From: Amoebophrya sp. A120
Taxonomy: Eukaryota > Protista > Dinoflagellata
DNA: 64,000 nt
Reading direction: 5' to 3'
NCBI GenBank assembly: GCA_905178155.1
Contig: CAJINV010000001.1
Location: forward strand, 12,832,635-12,896,634
Shown here: positions 1-12,273 of the stretch, in pieces
How the letters are laid out: every line of letters begins with the position of its first letter
Numbering within the stretch: position 1 is the stretch's first letter
The notes under the pieces: model-generated
The model's input: only the letters and a program-made list of their open reading frames with translations
Told to the model about the DNA's origin: nothing
Databases searched by the model: none
Position numbers and translations under genes: made by a program

Positions 1-780
1 AAAGGCGCTGCCACAAAAGCTGCGCCAACCCACGATGGATCGCTGGCCCGCTTTTGTTCTTGCGACCGGCGGGCGCGAAAGCTGCCAAATATTGCGACCC
101 TGGGGAAAGTTTCAGGGTGTGCACTGCACTGTTCGTGAAATTATCCGAGACGCGAAATACGCACCAATTACAAAGAGCTTACGCGGCCGCTTATTTAACA
201 GGGGCCCAAGCTGTAAAGCCAGTCTAGACGAGCACGAGCAATTTACAACGCTCATCATCTTTGACTTGTTCCTATAAAGAAAACTCAAGCTCAGATGTTT
301 CCAGGCACAATAATCTACACGACAGGTAGTCGACCACCGCCGGTTCCTCGTTTTGTTTTTTCGATTTACGCGGCGGCGTAATCGATTTTTTTTGCATTTT
401 TACGATCAATGCACCTTTTTCCACTACGGAGGCCTGGGGGCAGTTTTGAGTTTGATAGTATGCTTTTCCCCGCGGCGGCAAAGGCATCGTCCTCACTGGT
501 GTCGTCGTTGCCATACAACAAATCGGCTGCAATATTTTTGTACATAAGCATGCATCACACGGCTGCGAGTGCTTGCGGTCCATAGCGAAGCAGTCTTGGT
601 TAGCGCATCCATATGCAAGACAAGCCACTATATCGATTTCTCGAAGATCAAGAAAGTAGATCGATGAGTCATGATACATTGGACTACTTAAAATCCAAGA
701 ACATACATTTTCATACGATGATTGCGCGCACAGAGAAAAAAGAAGCAAGGATATCGTCGTGCTACCATCACAAAAACTTA

Positions 781-3649
781 CTAATCAATACCTGACCCGC
801 CGGTTCTGCTGGGACGCGGTGCGGGGTACATGCGGAAAAAGGTGCTGGAGTGTTCGCCCTGCGAAAACTTGTCGTTGCCGCGTATAAGCGTGTCGAAATC
901 TTCGCGCTTCAGGGACCAAAACTTCGCCGTAGGTTCCTGCACTACGCAAGTGCACTGCCGGGGCAGATCGAAAACCATACCTGATATTTATCGTCGTCAT
1001 GACGAATCCCATTTTAGTTCTTATTCTGAACAAAAGAAAAGAAGGACCAGCGGAGAACGCGGTGAACAATCCAAGGAAGTTGCTAGAGCTACATTCATTC
1101 ATCACGTGTACAAGCAGAACTACGGCATTGATTCGCCCTTACGCTTTATTTTTCTAAAGCGCGACTGCGACTCTGGCTCTGCGCGACGCGAAAATCTTCA
1201 CGGGCCGCCTTAGAAAAAGCGGGGTTCGCAGCTTTCGCTTTTGTCTTCGTGCTGCTCGTTGTAGCCGAGACAGCAAAAGTTGAATGTCATGTTGAACAAA
1301 CGATATTAGTACCTAATTCCCCCAAAATGTCGCCGGAGCGCAGGACGTTGATGCGGCGTTGGTTTTGGAAGACCTCGACGGTCCCCGTTTCGATGACATA
1401 GAGGTGCTCGTTGTCCGAGACCGGTTCGCCCTCCTCAAACCAGACGACCTTGTTGGTTTTCGGTTGCTGCTTGGGGTAGATGGGATTGTCCTTTCCGCGG
1501 TACAGCATGGGCATGTAGGCGTCCACAAGTTGAAACTGGAACGCGTTCAGCACGGCCTGCATCTCCGTGCCCGTCAAATGCCGGAACACCCACAGCTTGG
1601 ACAGCATCACGAACAGCGTCTGCTTCTCCTTCGGGATGTCCAGGCCTCCGCAGCTCTTGTACCGCTCGTCGTTGGTGAGCAGTTCCTGCATCTCGTCCGC
1701 GTCTTGGACGGGACTGTCCCGGTACGCGGGAAACAGCTCCTGGGAGTGGTTTTTGTTGATCGCCGGATCGTTTTTCACGTAATCCTCGAACGTGTCACGA
1801 TCCAGGGCCCACACGGTCGTCGCCTGCAGCCCCACGGTCTCGCACCGGGCCTGCCGCGGCATGTCGCACAGGAGGGCGCGCTCCCCAAAAAAACCGCCTG
1901 CCTTTACCACGTTCACCAGAAGGCCGTCGCGACGAACCTGGGGGGACATGGTCCAAAAATGCGAAAAATAGAGAGAATGGTAAAACCAGATCAAATGCGG
2001 TCTTCGTAAAAGAAAAAGGTACTGTAGCCTCAAACTCAAAAGTAATATTAAACACGTTAACCTAGACAGATGTAAACACTTTACTCAATACGTACCTGCA
2101 CCCTTCCTTTCTCCACTACGTACATGTTTTCGTCAGATGTCACCGAGTCCCCTTCTTCCCAATGGTATGAAAGGCAAATCAACTTTTTTCATTTTCATAC
2201 TATGATCTTCGATCTTGAAGTAACTCTATGTGTGTAGCCATCTTCTCAGGATATGAGTACCAGCTTTCTCGTAGAAAGTAAAGGGCACATCGCTGTACTA
2301 GTAGACATCCAATATCAAAATTGATTTTCCGCTAGCATACGAAGACGTGTCCGGGTCGGAATTCCATCTTCTGGAATTTGGGGCGTACGTGGCGGTCAAA
2401 AGTACTTTTTGGGACGTGGCGGAAGACGTAGGAGGCCCTCAGGAAGTCGCCCTCTTCGAGATCTTCATTTTCGCTGTTGCCGATATTACCAGAGTCGCCT
2501 CCTCCGCTGGTTCTATGCGAGTTTTTTTCCTGCCGCTCAATTTCTTCAATCTTGGCCGTCAGGTCGCACTTCCCGACGCCGAACGATTTCGCGCTCTGCA
2601 CCCGCTGCTTTTTGTTGTTTTGTGCGCCTGTGGAACTAGAAGCGGAGGTTGAGGTGTTTGTGGCATCGGCGATGATCTTCGTGGTCCCCGTGATGTCTTC
2701 CGCATCATGCACCTGGTTGGACGTTGCAGCTGCCTGTGCAGTTGCACTAGAAGAAGATGAATTAGTAGCACCTTGTCGGAGGTCCTCTGCGTCTGCCGGG
2801 AGCTGCGAAGTGGAAGATGCACCTCCTGCTGCTGCAGCCGATGCTGTAGCACCGCTAGCAGTTTCTTCATTTCCGTCGCCATTTGCAGGAGCCGCTGCTG
2901 CTTTTCCTCCGTGGCCACTTTTCCTGCCCTGCTCGTCGTTACTAGTATTGTTCAAATCTTGTAGCTCTTTCGCCAGCCAGGCCAGCGGCTCCTCGGGCCG
3001 GGCCTTGAGTACGCCGGCTACCAGATTTCGCACAACGCCGGCGATGTCATGCTCCTCCAGGTACTTGCAGGCCGACAAGGCGTGGCCGTGCTTTTTCGAC
3101 GGGGAGTTAGAGGAGGAGGTGGTGCTCGGGCCGACCCGAATGCGCATGTGGCTGAGAAGTTTACCGCTCTCCTGGTCCTTGAACTCGACCCGGTGCACGT
3201 GCGGATCGGGGGTATCCTGATTTTTGTAATCAGCGGAAAGAAGAGTTTTAATTTCGTTTCTAGCACGGGCACAGCATGATGATCGGGTACTTCAGCGAAA
3301 CATGAACAGCACTCACTGTGTACTAGCAAATCTGCAGAGGAAAGTTCATGTAGATGATAGTTCCATCAATTACTATTACACTTGCAAATAGATCGACCTA
3401 GAAGTAGAAGTTACGACGTACGTCTTTATTTGTTCCTGCCGCGCCGCTGACACCATTTGTTTTCGCGGGCTCGAGTTTACTGCGGCAGATCTCCTTCAGC
3501 AGCCCGATGGAGAGATCTCTCCTGTTTGTACACGGCACATAGATGGGTTTGTTCAATTCCAAAGCGGCCTGGCAATGCACGGTTCCCGACTTTATCGATA
3601 GAATGGACCCTGCCGGAAGGCCGTCCCCATCAAGAATTGTGATCTCCAT
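781..3649 (-). CDS. Multi-exon cAMP-dependent protein kinase regulatory-subunit-like protein (N-terminal C2-like region, Dpy-30/RIIa-type dimerisation motif, two cNMP-binding domains)
   Basis: Motifs YLEEHDIAGVVRNLVAGVLKARPEEPLAWL, FFGERALLCDMPRQARC and (spliced) GELGMVFDLPRQCT. Exons approx 3649-3422, 3216-2341, 2164-2096, 1937-1312, 980-781; mostly GT-AG joins. 3' end uncertain. Confidence 0.8.
2166..2339. mobile_element. Eroded introner-like intron
   Basis: TATG...CATA ends with a residual AAATCAA inverted match. DR not recognisable (AATGG/CGAAG). Removing element+5 nt keeps the cNMP domain in frame. Confidence 0.45.
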
Positions 3650-4863
3650 CTTGTTCTTCTTATTTTGATGTACAAAATGCAGGAGTAAAGTCGGCGTCAA
3701 ATAAGTTTAAGTACGCGAAAGTGGGAAGGCAAGTTCAAGTAGGGAAGATGGCGCAAAAAAGAAATAAAACTGTCAAGCGAGATCTTCAGAGCTCGCTCGA
3801 GAAGAACGGGCAACAGAGACTAAAGGCACAGGAGCGGCACAACTATCCGGAAGTAGTGACGTAGAAAGCAGAGGCCGTCACCGTCACAAGGCTTCCCTAT
3901 CTACTAATGCGGAAATGCTGATGCACAAATACATCTAGAAAAAACTGACATTTTTTCATTGATTCTCGTTCCTTCTGTAAAAACAAACTCCAATTTTGAG
4001 CACCAGGCTGAAATTTTGTATACGATAAAACTCAGGATCACGACCGAATCACGAGCGTAGCCTGCCGGTGGTGAGTACGACAAAAACGGTTGCGTCAATT
4101 TCTTATTTCCGGGTCCGCAAAGAAGAAAAATGGTAGTCAAGAGCCCCAGCAGGAGCGCAAAAAAAAAAACAAAGAGATGAGCCAGCAGCTTAGTCACAAG
4201 GTACTATGGGTCCTCGCTTCGAGGAAGCAAAACAAAAAGTCGAATGTCAGGCCGCCCGCCTCTCTGCAAAAAAAAAAACAGCAAGAACGTTCACAAGAGC
4301 CGGCGACAAAAGAAACCGAGAGCTGTCTAGATCAGTGGTAAAAATTTCACGCAGCTAACCGAGCCTCGACCGATCACAAAAAAAAATAAACGGAGTTATG
4401 TCTTCAACTTCGTACGCAATGTGTTCAACATTTCTTGTGGCTGCAGCTTCGAAGACAACGATGCGTGGATACCGAGGGTGTTTGAAAAAAAGGGACATTT
4501 TAAATGAAAAACAGACGGTAAACGAAATGGAAACGAATAAGGTGTAGTGCCACTCTTGGCGAAATTCCAACTCGAGGTTTCTTCTGCAGCTGACCAACGC
4601 CAGAGTAAATTGACGCCTTAGGAACGACCAGACGAAATCAGAATCTTGATCTTCTTCAACAGCCTCTATCTGCATTGGTACTGCCTGAAAGAACTGTAAA
4701 TCGAAATCTCCTCTACCTCTGGGCAAGGACCGAGGCGTCATAGTATGCAGCAGCACGACAGACACATCAATGAGGCTAAGCGGCTTGCAGTTGTCCTGTA
4801 CAGTTTTGTTCGCAAATATCCGTAGTGATCAACCATTCAAGTGACGTACATCATGACGATAAG

Positions 4864-7800
4864 TCATCCTGACATATCTGCCGTGGCCTCCTGAAAAATG
4901 TCGTGGAGCTCTTTCCACGCGTCAGAAAAAAACTTTTTGCGGTGCTCCGGCGCGATGGAATCAAAATCCAACCTGATATTGGGAAGCCTACCAGCCTCGC
5001 CAGAACACGCCTCAAGATCATCAAGCTGATGATGCCCCCTCCTTTTTGCGTCGACTTCGTCGCTGGGAAGTAGAGCGAAGCAGTCATCATCTACGACAGA
5101 ATCAGAATCTGTCAGCTCCCGTGCTGCTTCTCGGCAAGACGCGGCGAAATTGCCACTGTTGCCATCGTGATCATCTTGGTCAGGCCCGTGGGCGAGGACA
5201 TGCCGAGCCTTTTGATTTTCTGAAGACCCACTGCTGCTGCCGCTGCTGCGTTCACGACGCATTTTCGGCGAAGAATCATCTTCGGATGCCCACCAGCAGG
5301 CCTCCGAAGATTCGTCCGATCCATCTTCGTCGAAAATCTCCACAACTTCTTTGCTGTAATTTGTCGCGTTCCTGTAGTTCCGACCTCTCAGCTGCGACAT
5401 CTTCGAGTTTTGTGTCGTCGGGTCTTCTTGTGTAGACATGGCAGTATCGCTTTCGAGTTGGAACTCTCCTCGCACTATCCTGTGCAAAAGCTGCCCCGCG
5501 ATCGTACTAATCGCTGTCAAATCTTACCTAATCTGGATGGCAATCTTCACAAGTCGTATTTTGTTTTTCTTGTACCTGCAAAAATGCGATTCCGATTCGT
5601 ACTAGCGCGTCGACACTTTAACTTTTGCAATTACATAGGTAGTGCGTACAGTTCTGGCTCGAAAACTTCGCGGATCCAGGTCGATGAGAAGGTGTCCGAT
5701 GATGAAACAGAGCGGCGACGACGCGCGCAAGGAGAATGCAGGGTAGAAAGGAACGCGAAATCGTCTGCTAGCGGCTTCTCCTGTTTACGTTTAGTTAGAA
5801 AAGGGTCTGTGGAGGTTTTCTCAGTTTCAGTTATTTTCAATGTTGAAACTAGGTCAGCGCCCTGCTGCACCTGCACCTGTTCCGCTTCCGGCTGACACTG
5901 ATGGTCGGAGTCATATTTCGGTATTTTTTCGGAAGATAGGAGATCTGGTAATATTCCTGTTCCTCGTCTGACTGCTTGCGCACCAGCTTCGGTTTTGTTG
6001 ATTCCAGTTAAGACTTCGTCAACAAATTGCCCCTGTCGTGGGCGGTGCGGTGGATGAAGCTGCGACCGTTCTGAAATTTCTTGTTCGAGTCGTTCTGTCC
6101 ATTGTTCGTGGACTCCATCATCGTTGACATTTCTTGGTGGGAGTTCTGGCACCGGCGGCGCTCTTATTTCTGTAGTTGCCGAAGACTTTTTCTTCTCTTT
6201 GTCGTCACACGAAGGTACCCCGACGCCAGACGAAGGTACAGATTCTTTCTGTGCCACGGCATGCTCCCGGGAGAGAAACTCGGCCACGACGGAGTATTGC
6301 TCAGCGCAGTCATTCGTCTTTTGCTTTTCCAAAAAGCTGGCGCAAAAATAGTCGTCGACGTCGTCCCGGGACAGCACGGGGTGCTCTATGATCTGTTGCT
6401 GCCTGCTCCCGCCCACGTCGTGGAGGTCCGCTCGGGCACGGGCCTTCTTTTCGGATTCGTTGGCCTGCCTGGCTTCAGAACTGAATGGTTCTTGGGGATC
6501 ACAACGACGATGAAGATCATCATTTACCTGACTCATCGTATCTGGATCGGTGTCTCGGCTTCCGGGGAGCGGGAGTCCTCGTGCTGCAAGCAGCGCAAGG
6601 CCTTGTTCTCTCTGCTCCGCTGGAGACGCAAAGCTTCGTAATTCATCGCGACTTCGTGCGATTGGTACATCATCGTCAAGAACATCAACGACAATGCTTT
6701 GCCTTTCTTCGTCCTTTATTACATTCTGTACTGCTGCTCGCCGAGGTAGCACGACACTTTCCACCTCTTCCGCTCCGGTTCCCGTGCGATCATCGCTGGT
6801 GGGTGGCTTTTCAACTACATCTTCACCCGCAACGGCCTTGTCCGTTTCTATCCGAAGACCACCGTCTCGGCCGCCACCGTCGGTAATCGTCTTTCTCCTC
6901 GTGTCTTGACTGCTGGGAAACAGCACCACAGATCGATGCAGTTTTTCCGGCCGCGGTTCCAAGAGATCGTTGCCAGGGCGCTCAGAGTCAAGGAGCCGCC
7001 GGCAGCTGGATATAACCCGCTCAGGTGTTACAATCTCAAACGTTACAATAGAATATGGAAATCTGTGATGCAAGAGTGCATGATCTAGCCAACTCTCATG
7101 GGATTGCGCATGACAAGTTCCGGAGCGGCCCCGAACCCCACTACAATCTGGCGAAATCTGTATTGCAGAAAGTGGAACGCTGTGCGAGTCTGTCATGCTC
7201 ATCATGCAAGACAAATCTCAGAGTCAGATTCTATTGTAACGTTTGAGATTGTAACGTCTGAGCGGGTTATACTGGAACGGCGGGGTTTCTCGTCCGTCAT
7301 TACCAAAAGGGTCGCGGGCGTCGAACTCGGAGAAACGGAGTCTCTATCATCCTCGCTTTTTTTTCCTCCGATGTCTGCTTCTCGCAGATGATCCTTTCGT
7401 CGGAGAGCTGCGTCGTCACCCGGAGCTGGACTATTTGAAGCTGATGAAGCGCTGGCCGTCCCGGTAGTGCCAGGCCGCGATTTGCGAACCCGTTCGGGTT
7501 GTTCGGAAGCGTTTCTAGTACAACAGGGCTTCAGTAGTTTTTTGCTGTCTGCGTGCGGGTCAGGGTCTGCTGCTGCTGGTGCGACGCTATTCGTGTTGTT
7601 CCCAGAGCGAACCTCGTTCTCGTTGTCCTTGTCTTTTTGACTGAGCGAAGATGATAAACTTTTTCCTTTCGAAGCCAGACGACGTTTATTCGGAGCTTCA
7701 TCAACTTTTTTCTGCACTGCATCTTCGACAAAGGAATCGACGTGTTGATCGCTACAACGGTTCAAGGAGGAAAGGCGACTGCGGCTGATGCTCCTGTGGC

Positions 7801-10201
7801 GGTTTTCATTTTCTTCGAGCTCCGGTGAAGACGGCTTCCTTTTCACTTCGGCACACAGCTCGGTGGGCGACTTTTTCTGGGCAAGTTTATTGTAAAATGA
7901 TTTTTCTCTTGCTCTTGGTGACAGAGACAACTCCGACGTTGATGATCCTCGTCGTTTGCTCTGCATATGACGTTCTCCTTGCCCGCTAATTATCTTCACC
8001 TTGGCAGTAGAAGGCTGTTGTACCAAAGAACGGCTCGTCATCCCTACTCCTGCCGCTTCTCGCAACGGTAGTTCCAGCTCTTCGAACGTTTGCCCGCGGA
8101 AGTGCGACTCGCTTCCACAGCGGGGGATTTCGCTGGGCAGGGAGCTGGGAAACAGGGACTCTCCTGGACATGCGTTCCCTGCCGGCGGCGAACAGCAGGA
8201 CTCGATTCTCGACGGCGCCGTCGAAAAGACGAAGGCGGAAAAGCGCTCGTTAGCAACGCCACAAGAGAGGGCATAGGCATCCTGTGCCTGCCTTCTTGTA
8301 TTGGCTGTGAGAAGTTGTAGACCGTCATCTTCGTGCGCCCCCGATATGGGTACGGTGTGCGTTTCCCTATAGAGGTGCCCATCAAGAGCATAATTCCGAT
8401 ATCGTTCCTCGTTTCTTTCCAACAGGTCCATCTTGGCGTTTATTTGCTCATCGTAGGCTCCTGTACGAGGCAAGAACGGGTCGGACGCGACAGACTTCCA
8501 AGACGACGGCGACGTGGAAATATCATCGGTGGCCGCCCCGTCCTCTAGGGACTTCGCTGCTTTGATGCCGCCCGCCCGACTTCCGTTTTTTTGTAGGCCT
8601 GGCGGAGAAAAAAGGTTTTCTTCGGTGAAGAATCCGTGCTCGAGAGCGCAGAGCAAAGCCTCGTCATTCGCGTTCTCCAGCATCTGGATGCGCCGGTTCG
8701 CAAAAGGGTCGGCGGCAAGGAGGACTCCATTTTTACAGGCGTCTTCTGGTTTTAGTCGTGCGACGCCATGACCACGCGGACGCGTCTTCGAGGAAGCTCT
8801 TCGCGGTTCTCCTGGTCGCAGCTTCTCATGATCTCGGCGTTTTCGAGTAACTGCGGCCCTTGCTTTTTTACTTCCATGGCGTTTTCTTTCCTGCCACGGT
8901 GCATTATTCGCACCTGCTGACGAATTGGCAATCCTCGTTTTCGGTTCGTCAGGCGCGTTCGCTCGTCGAATTGTTCCGGTACCGCTCTGTCGCGCTGCTG
9001 TTTCACTTCCATGTGCCTTTGAATTATGCCTATCGAGTGCAATTTTTTTGTGCGCGTTGGCGTTATTCCTGACATGAGAGGTCCTCGTGCCTCCTCGCTC
9101 ATCTTCTCCTGCGTGGCAACGCCCTCGCCCACGATACGACGACTTTCGCGGTTCTTCGACGGCGGCGCTACGTCCTGCGGCGATAGCATGCACAGCCTCT
9201 GTCGCCTTTTGTTTTCGCGGAGGTAACGATCCGAAACGCGGAGCACCTTGTTCAGGAGCCCGCAGCCGCGAGTGGTCTTCAGTTCCTCGCTCCGCCCACC
9301 CAGGATGGCACAAAATGGCCCGCCGAATTTTTGCGCCCGTTGCGGTGTTGCGACACACCTGCAGAGCTGTCATCCCCCGGCGGTCCCGGAGGTGAAGCGC
9401 GAAGAAGTCGTAGCGTTCGAGATATCCTGTGCAAAAGTATCTATCGCACTCGTATAGATGCATTACAAATTTCCTCAGCATGAGAAATAAAATTTGTAAT
9501 GCAGTTTTACCTTAAGAGCAAGATTTGTAAATGCATGTTTGCGATTACTACGAGTACGATACTTTTGCAATGCATACGAGAATGGCGTAGGCAACTTTCT
9601 TTTGGTCCAAGGCAGCCGCGATGTGCAGACAGGTGCCTCCGGTATTCGGACAGGGCTTGTTCACCTGCTCAAACTGGGGGTGCGACAATATCTCCAGCAA
9701 GAGCTTCTCGTGCAAACCGAGGTAGAGGCCGATGATGACCAGGGACCCCAACTGCTTTTGCTCATCGGGCAAAAGGTTCAGAAAATTGTCCATTCTCGTT
9801 GATGTGGTGCAGTCGGGGACGATGGTCGTTGTACAACTTCTGCTCGCTGCGACCTGGTGCCCGGGGGCGGTCTCATGTTGTCTTCTTTCTCGCCCTTTTC
9901 GGGATGATCTGGAAACAGACTGAGTCCGCTGATCGACGCAGTCGTAGCGTATGTTAGTACCTACACCCGAAGACCACGACCCGCGGTGCTGGCGTTGAAT
10001 CAGGCGCCGGATCTCCTTCAACGTTTTGCGCTCGACGAACAATGCCCGTAGCAAGCGATTAGTTGCCATGGCACGCCGCCGGCTGCTGGCGAGAGTCGGA
10101 GCGTCATTCATGGTGAAATTATCCACATTTTTGATGATCATACTGACAATATTGCGTCCAAAACTGAAACTGAAACTGATCTGGTTGCTTTGCTGAATCA
10201 A
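4864..10201 (-). CDS. Large low-complexity protein with N-terminal ankyrin repeats; interrupted by two introners and one GT-AG intron
   Basis: ORFs 9548-10201, 7202-9481, 5631-7214 and 4864-5520 join in frame. The join at 9423 gives GGTCLHIAAALDQKKVAYAILERYDFFALHLRDRRGMTALQVC (ankyrin-like). Start codon uncertain. Confidence 0.7.
7011..7271. mobile_element. Introner element, family E (261 bp)
   Basis: ~44-bp TIR TATAACCCGCTCAG..GTTACAATCTCAAACGTTACAATAGAAT. DR CTGGA at 7006-7010 and 7272-7276. Removal joins RRS|SCRR in frame. Confidence 0.92.
9423..9576. mobile_element. Introner element, family A (154 bp)
   Basis: TIR core TGCAAAAGTATC. DR CGAGA at 9418-9422 and 9577-9581. Removal restores the ankyrin repeat (AIL|ERY). 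Confidence 0.92.
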
Positions 10202-10877
10202 CAGTCAGCGAATATGATTTTGTACCTGCTGATGTATGATAGATACCAGTGAGTAATGGTTGACAAAAAGTCGAAGCTGTGCATAGTAAAAGCAAAATAC
10301 AAGCACGAGCCTAGTAAGTCGTCCACGACAAAATTCAAACTGAGATGTAGAGTTTCGTTTTCGATTTTGCAGTAGATGTAGTGCCACGCATTGTAGCGAC
10401 GACTTTAACAATTGGGCCACACAGAGTGACACGTCGGTATCCATGAAAAAAGAAGTCGACAGATTGATACTTCGCCGCTGCGGCGCGAGCACGACGATCA
10501 TGATCTTTGTACGTCTACGTGACCTGTAAAACTCAGCGACGATGGAGTTGACAAACAAACCGCCAGAGTAGAGTCATCCGTGTTGAAACTTTCGGTACTG
10601 ATCTTGTTGCGTGAGCAGCAAGTAGAGACCTAAAAACCACTGCATACACAGTTTCATCTGCACATCCGCTTCATCTGAACAAGCAGTTGAGCCGGTTCGC
10701 GTTCAAATTCATTTTATTTCATCGCATGGACCGACTGACGTGCTAGCTGCCGCGGAACATCAAGTAGCACAGACTTCGTCTGTCTCTGATTCTTTCTTCG
10801 AGTGTTATGCGCTCCGTTGCTCCTCCTGTCCGAGTCGGCCACTTCTCTCCGAGAATAATTGAAGGACTATAAGGGAA

Positions 10878-11338
10878 AAAGTCATAACATCCTTCAGAAG
10901 AAAAACCTTCTGAAGAATCTTCAGAAGAATCAGAAAACCTTCAGAAGATCCAAAAGTCAGCACTTTTTTTGACGCGCAAAACTGAAACGGAGTCAGGGCC
11001 TGAATTGCACAAATTTCGCCTCTTTTGAAAACCTTCAGAAGACTCATACCTTCAGTAGATGTGTTGTAACCTTCAGAAGATTTTTGGCCCAAAAAACCTT
11101 CTGAAGGTTTGCCAAAAATAATTCTTGACCTTCTGGAAGGTTTTGGCCTTCTGAAGGTCGTTTTTTCAAAACCTTCTGAAGGTGGAAAACGAAAGTTGCC
11201 ACTTTTTATCAAAAACCGCGAAAAAAATGACGCAGCTTTTTTTGACCTTCTGAAGGTCAAAAAGTCTTCCTGAAGAGCTTCTGAAGATTATGCTCTCAAA
11301 ACCTTCTGAAGCTTTCTTCTGAAGGTTTTGTTAACTTT
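10878..11338. repeat. Intergenic foldback-like array of the palindrome CTTCWGAAG
   Basis: About 13 exact and 3 variant copies. Imperfect ~40-bp inverted ends (AAAGT..CCTTCAGAAGAAA). No DR found. Confidence 0.8.
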
Positions 11339-11565
11339 GCGCTGTTTAAACAAAAGCAAAAGGCTCCAACGTTGACTCAAACTGCGCCCGGCTCGTGATG
11401 AAGTTCCGGCTGACGCCAAGCGAAAGCGCAACCTTTTTAGCAGAGGTGCCGGCGCTGTGCCAGTCGGACGCTTTTCGCCGTGTGAAAAGAGCCCGACTGG
11501 GTATCGCTCGCGTTTAGATGCTTCGCGCACTTCCCTCGCGATTCTGGGCTTCGGGAGCTCGAAGA

Positions 11566-11820
11566 CCTTCGCGAAACGGAGCGAGAAGTCACTGACTTCG
11601 GACTTTTCGAAAATTCTGACTCTGGGAAGAGTGAACGCGACTCCGATTCCACAGTCCTTCGAGAAACGGAGTGAGAAGTCAGCGACTTCTCACTTTTCCA
11701 AAATGAAAACAAACTTTTTAGAAGTGCTCCACCTTTCCAAAGTGAAATCTTTCCAGAAATGAGAAGTCAGTGACTTCCAGAGTGAAAACTTTCCAGAAGT
11801 TGGAAGTCAGTGACTTCTCA
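11566..11820. repeat. Array of the 15-bp palindrome GAAGTCASTGACTTC, partly inside a ~43-bp direct repeat
   Basis: Copies at ~11584, ~11675 (one mismatch), ~11763 and ~11803. The unit CCTTCGNGAAACGGAGNGAGAAGTCA..GACTTC..ACTTTTC occurs twice. Confidence 0.8.
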
Positions 11821-12273
11821 TGTCTCCAAGAAAGCGAACACCTTTACCTTTTAGCTCCGATTTTCGAAGACAAAATGAAAACTTTCCCGAAATGAGAAGT
11901 CGCGGACGCTTCGCCCCGTTTCTCGACGGCAGGCAGGCCCCTTGTTTCTCAAAAACTTTTCCAGACAGAAGGCAGGCCACTTGTGAGCCATGCGCGCACG
12001 CGCGGCGCGTTTGCGAAAATCCCGCGCTGCCACGCCTCGAAAGCATTCGTGGAAATTTTCCGGCTATTAATTCTATCAGAGGGCTGCGGGCCCTGCGCTT
12101 TGATTTGAAAGCAATTGCATCGAACAACCTGAATGATGTATATACTTTTTCCCACGCGGCGCACGCCGCGTGGATTGGTTCTTAAGTACTTAAATGCGCC
12201 TTTACGGCCCCACACGACGGTCGTGCGATCCTCGCTGCCACGCTCGCGTTCCCATCCATGCTCGTCGACGCAA

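Noticed and set aside
272-748. Short minus-strand ORFs as further exons of the cNMP gene
   Set aside because: No recognisable motif or unambiguous splice join.
10878-11820. Palindrome arrays as a CRISPR array or heat-shock elements
   Set aside because: Repeats are too short and irregularly spaced, there are no cas genes, and TTC-W-GAA spacing differs from the nTTCnnGAAn heat-shock element.
12152-12173. 10-bp GC hairpin CCACGCGGCG-CA-CGCCGCGTGG, possible Helitron 3' end or terminator
   Set aside because: No CTRR terminus at the expected distance and no matching 5' end; intrinsic terminators are not expected in a eukaryote.
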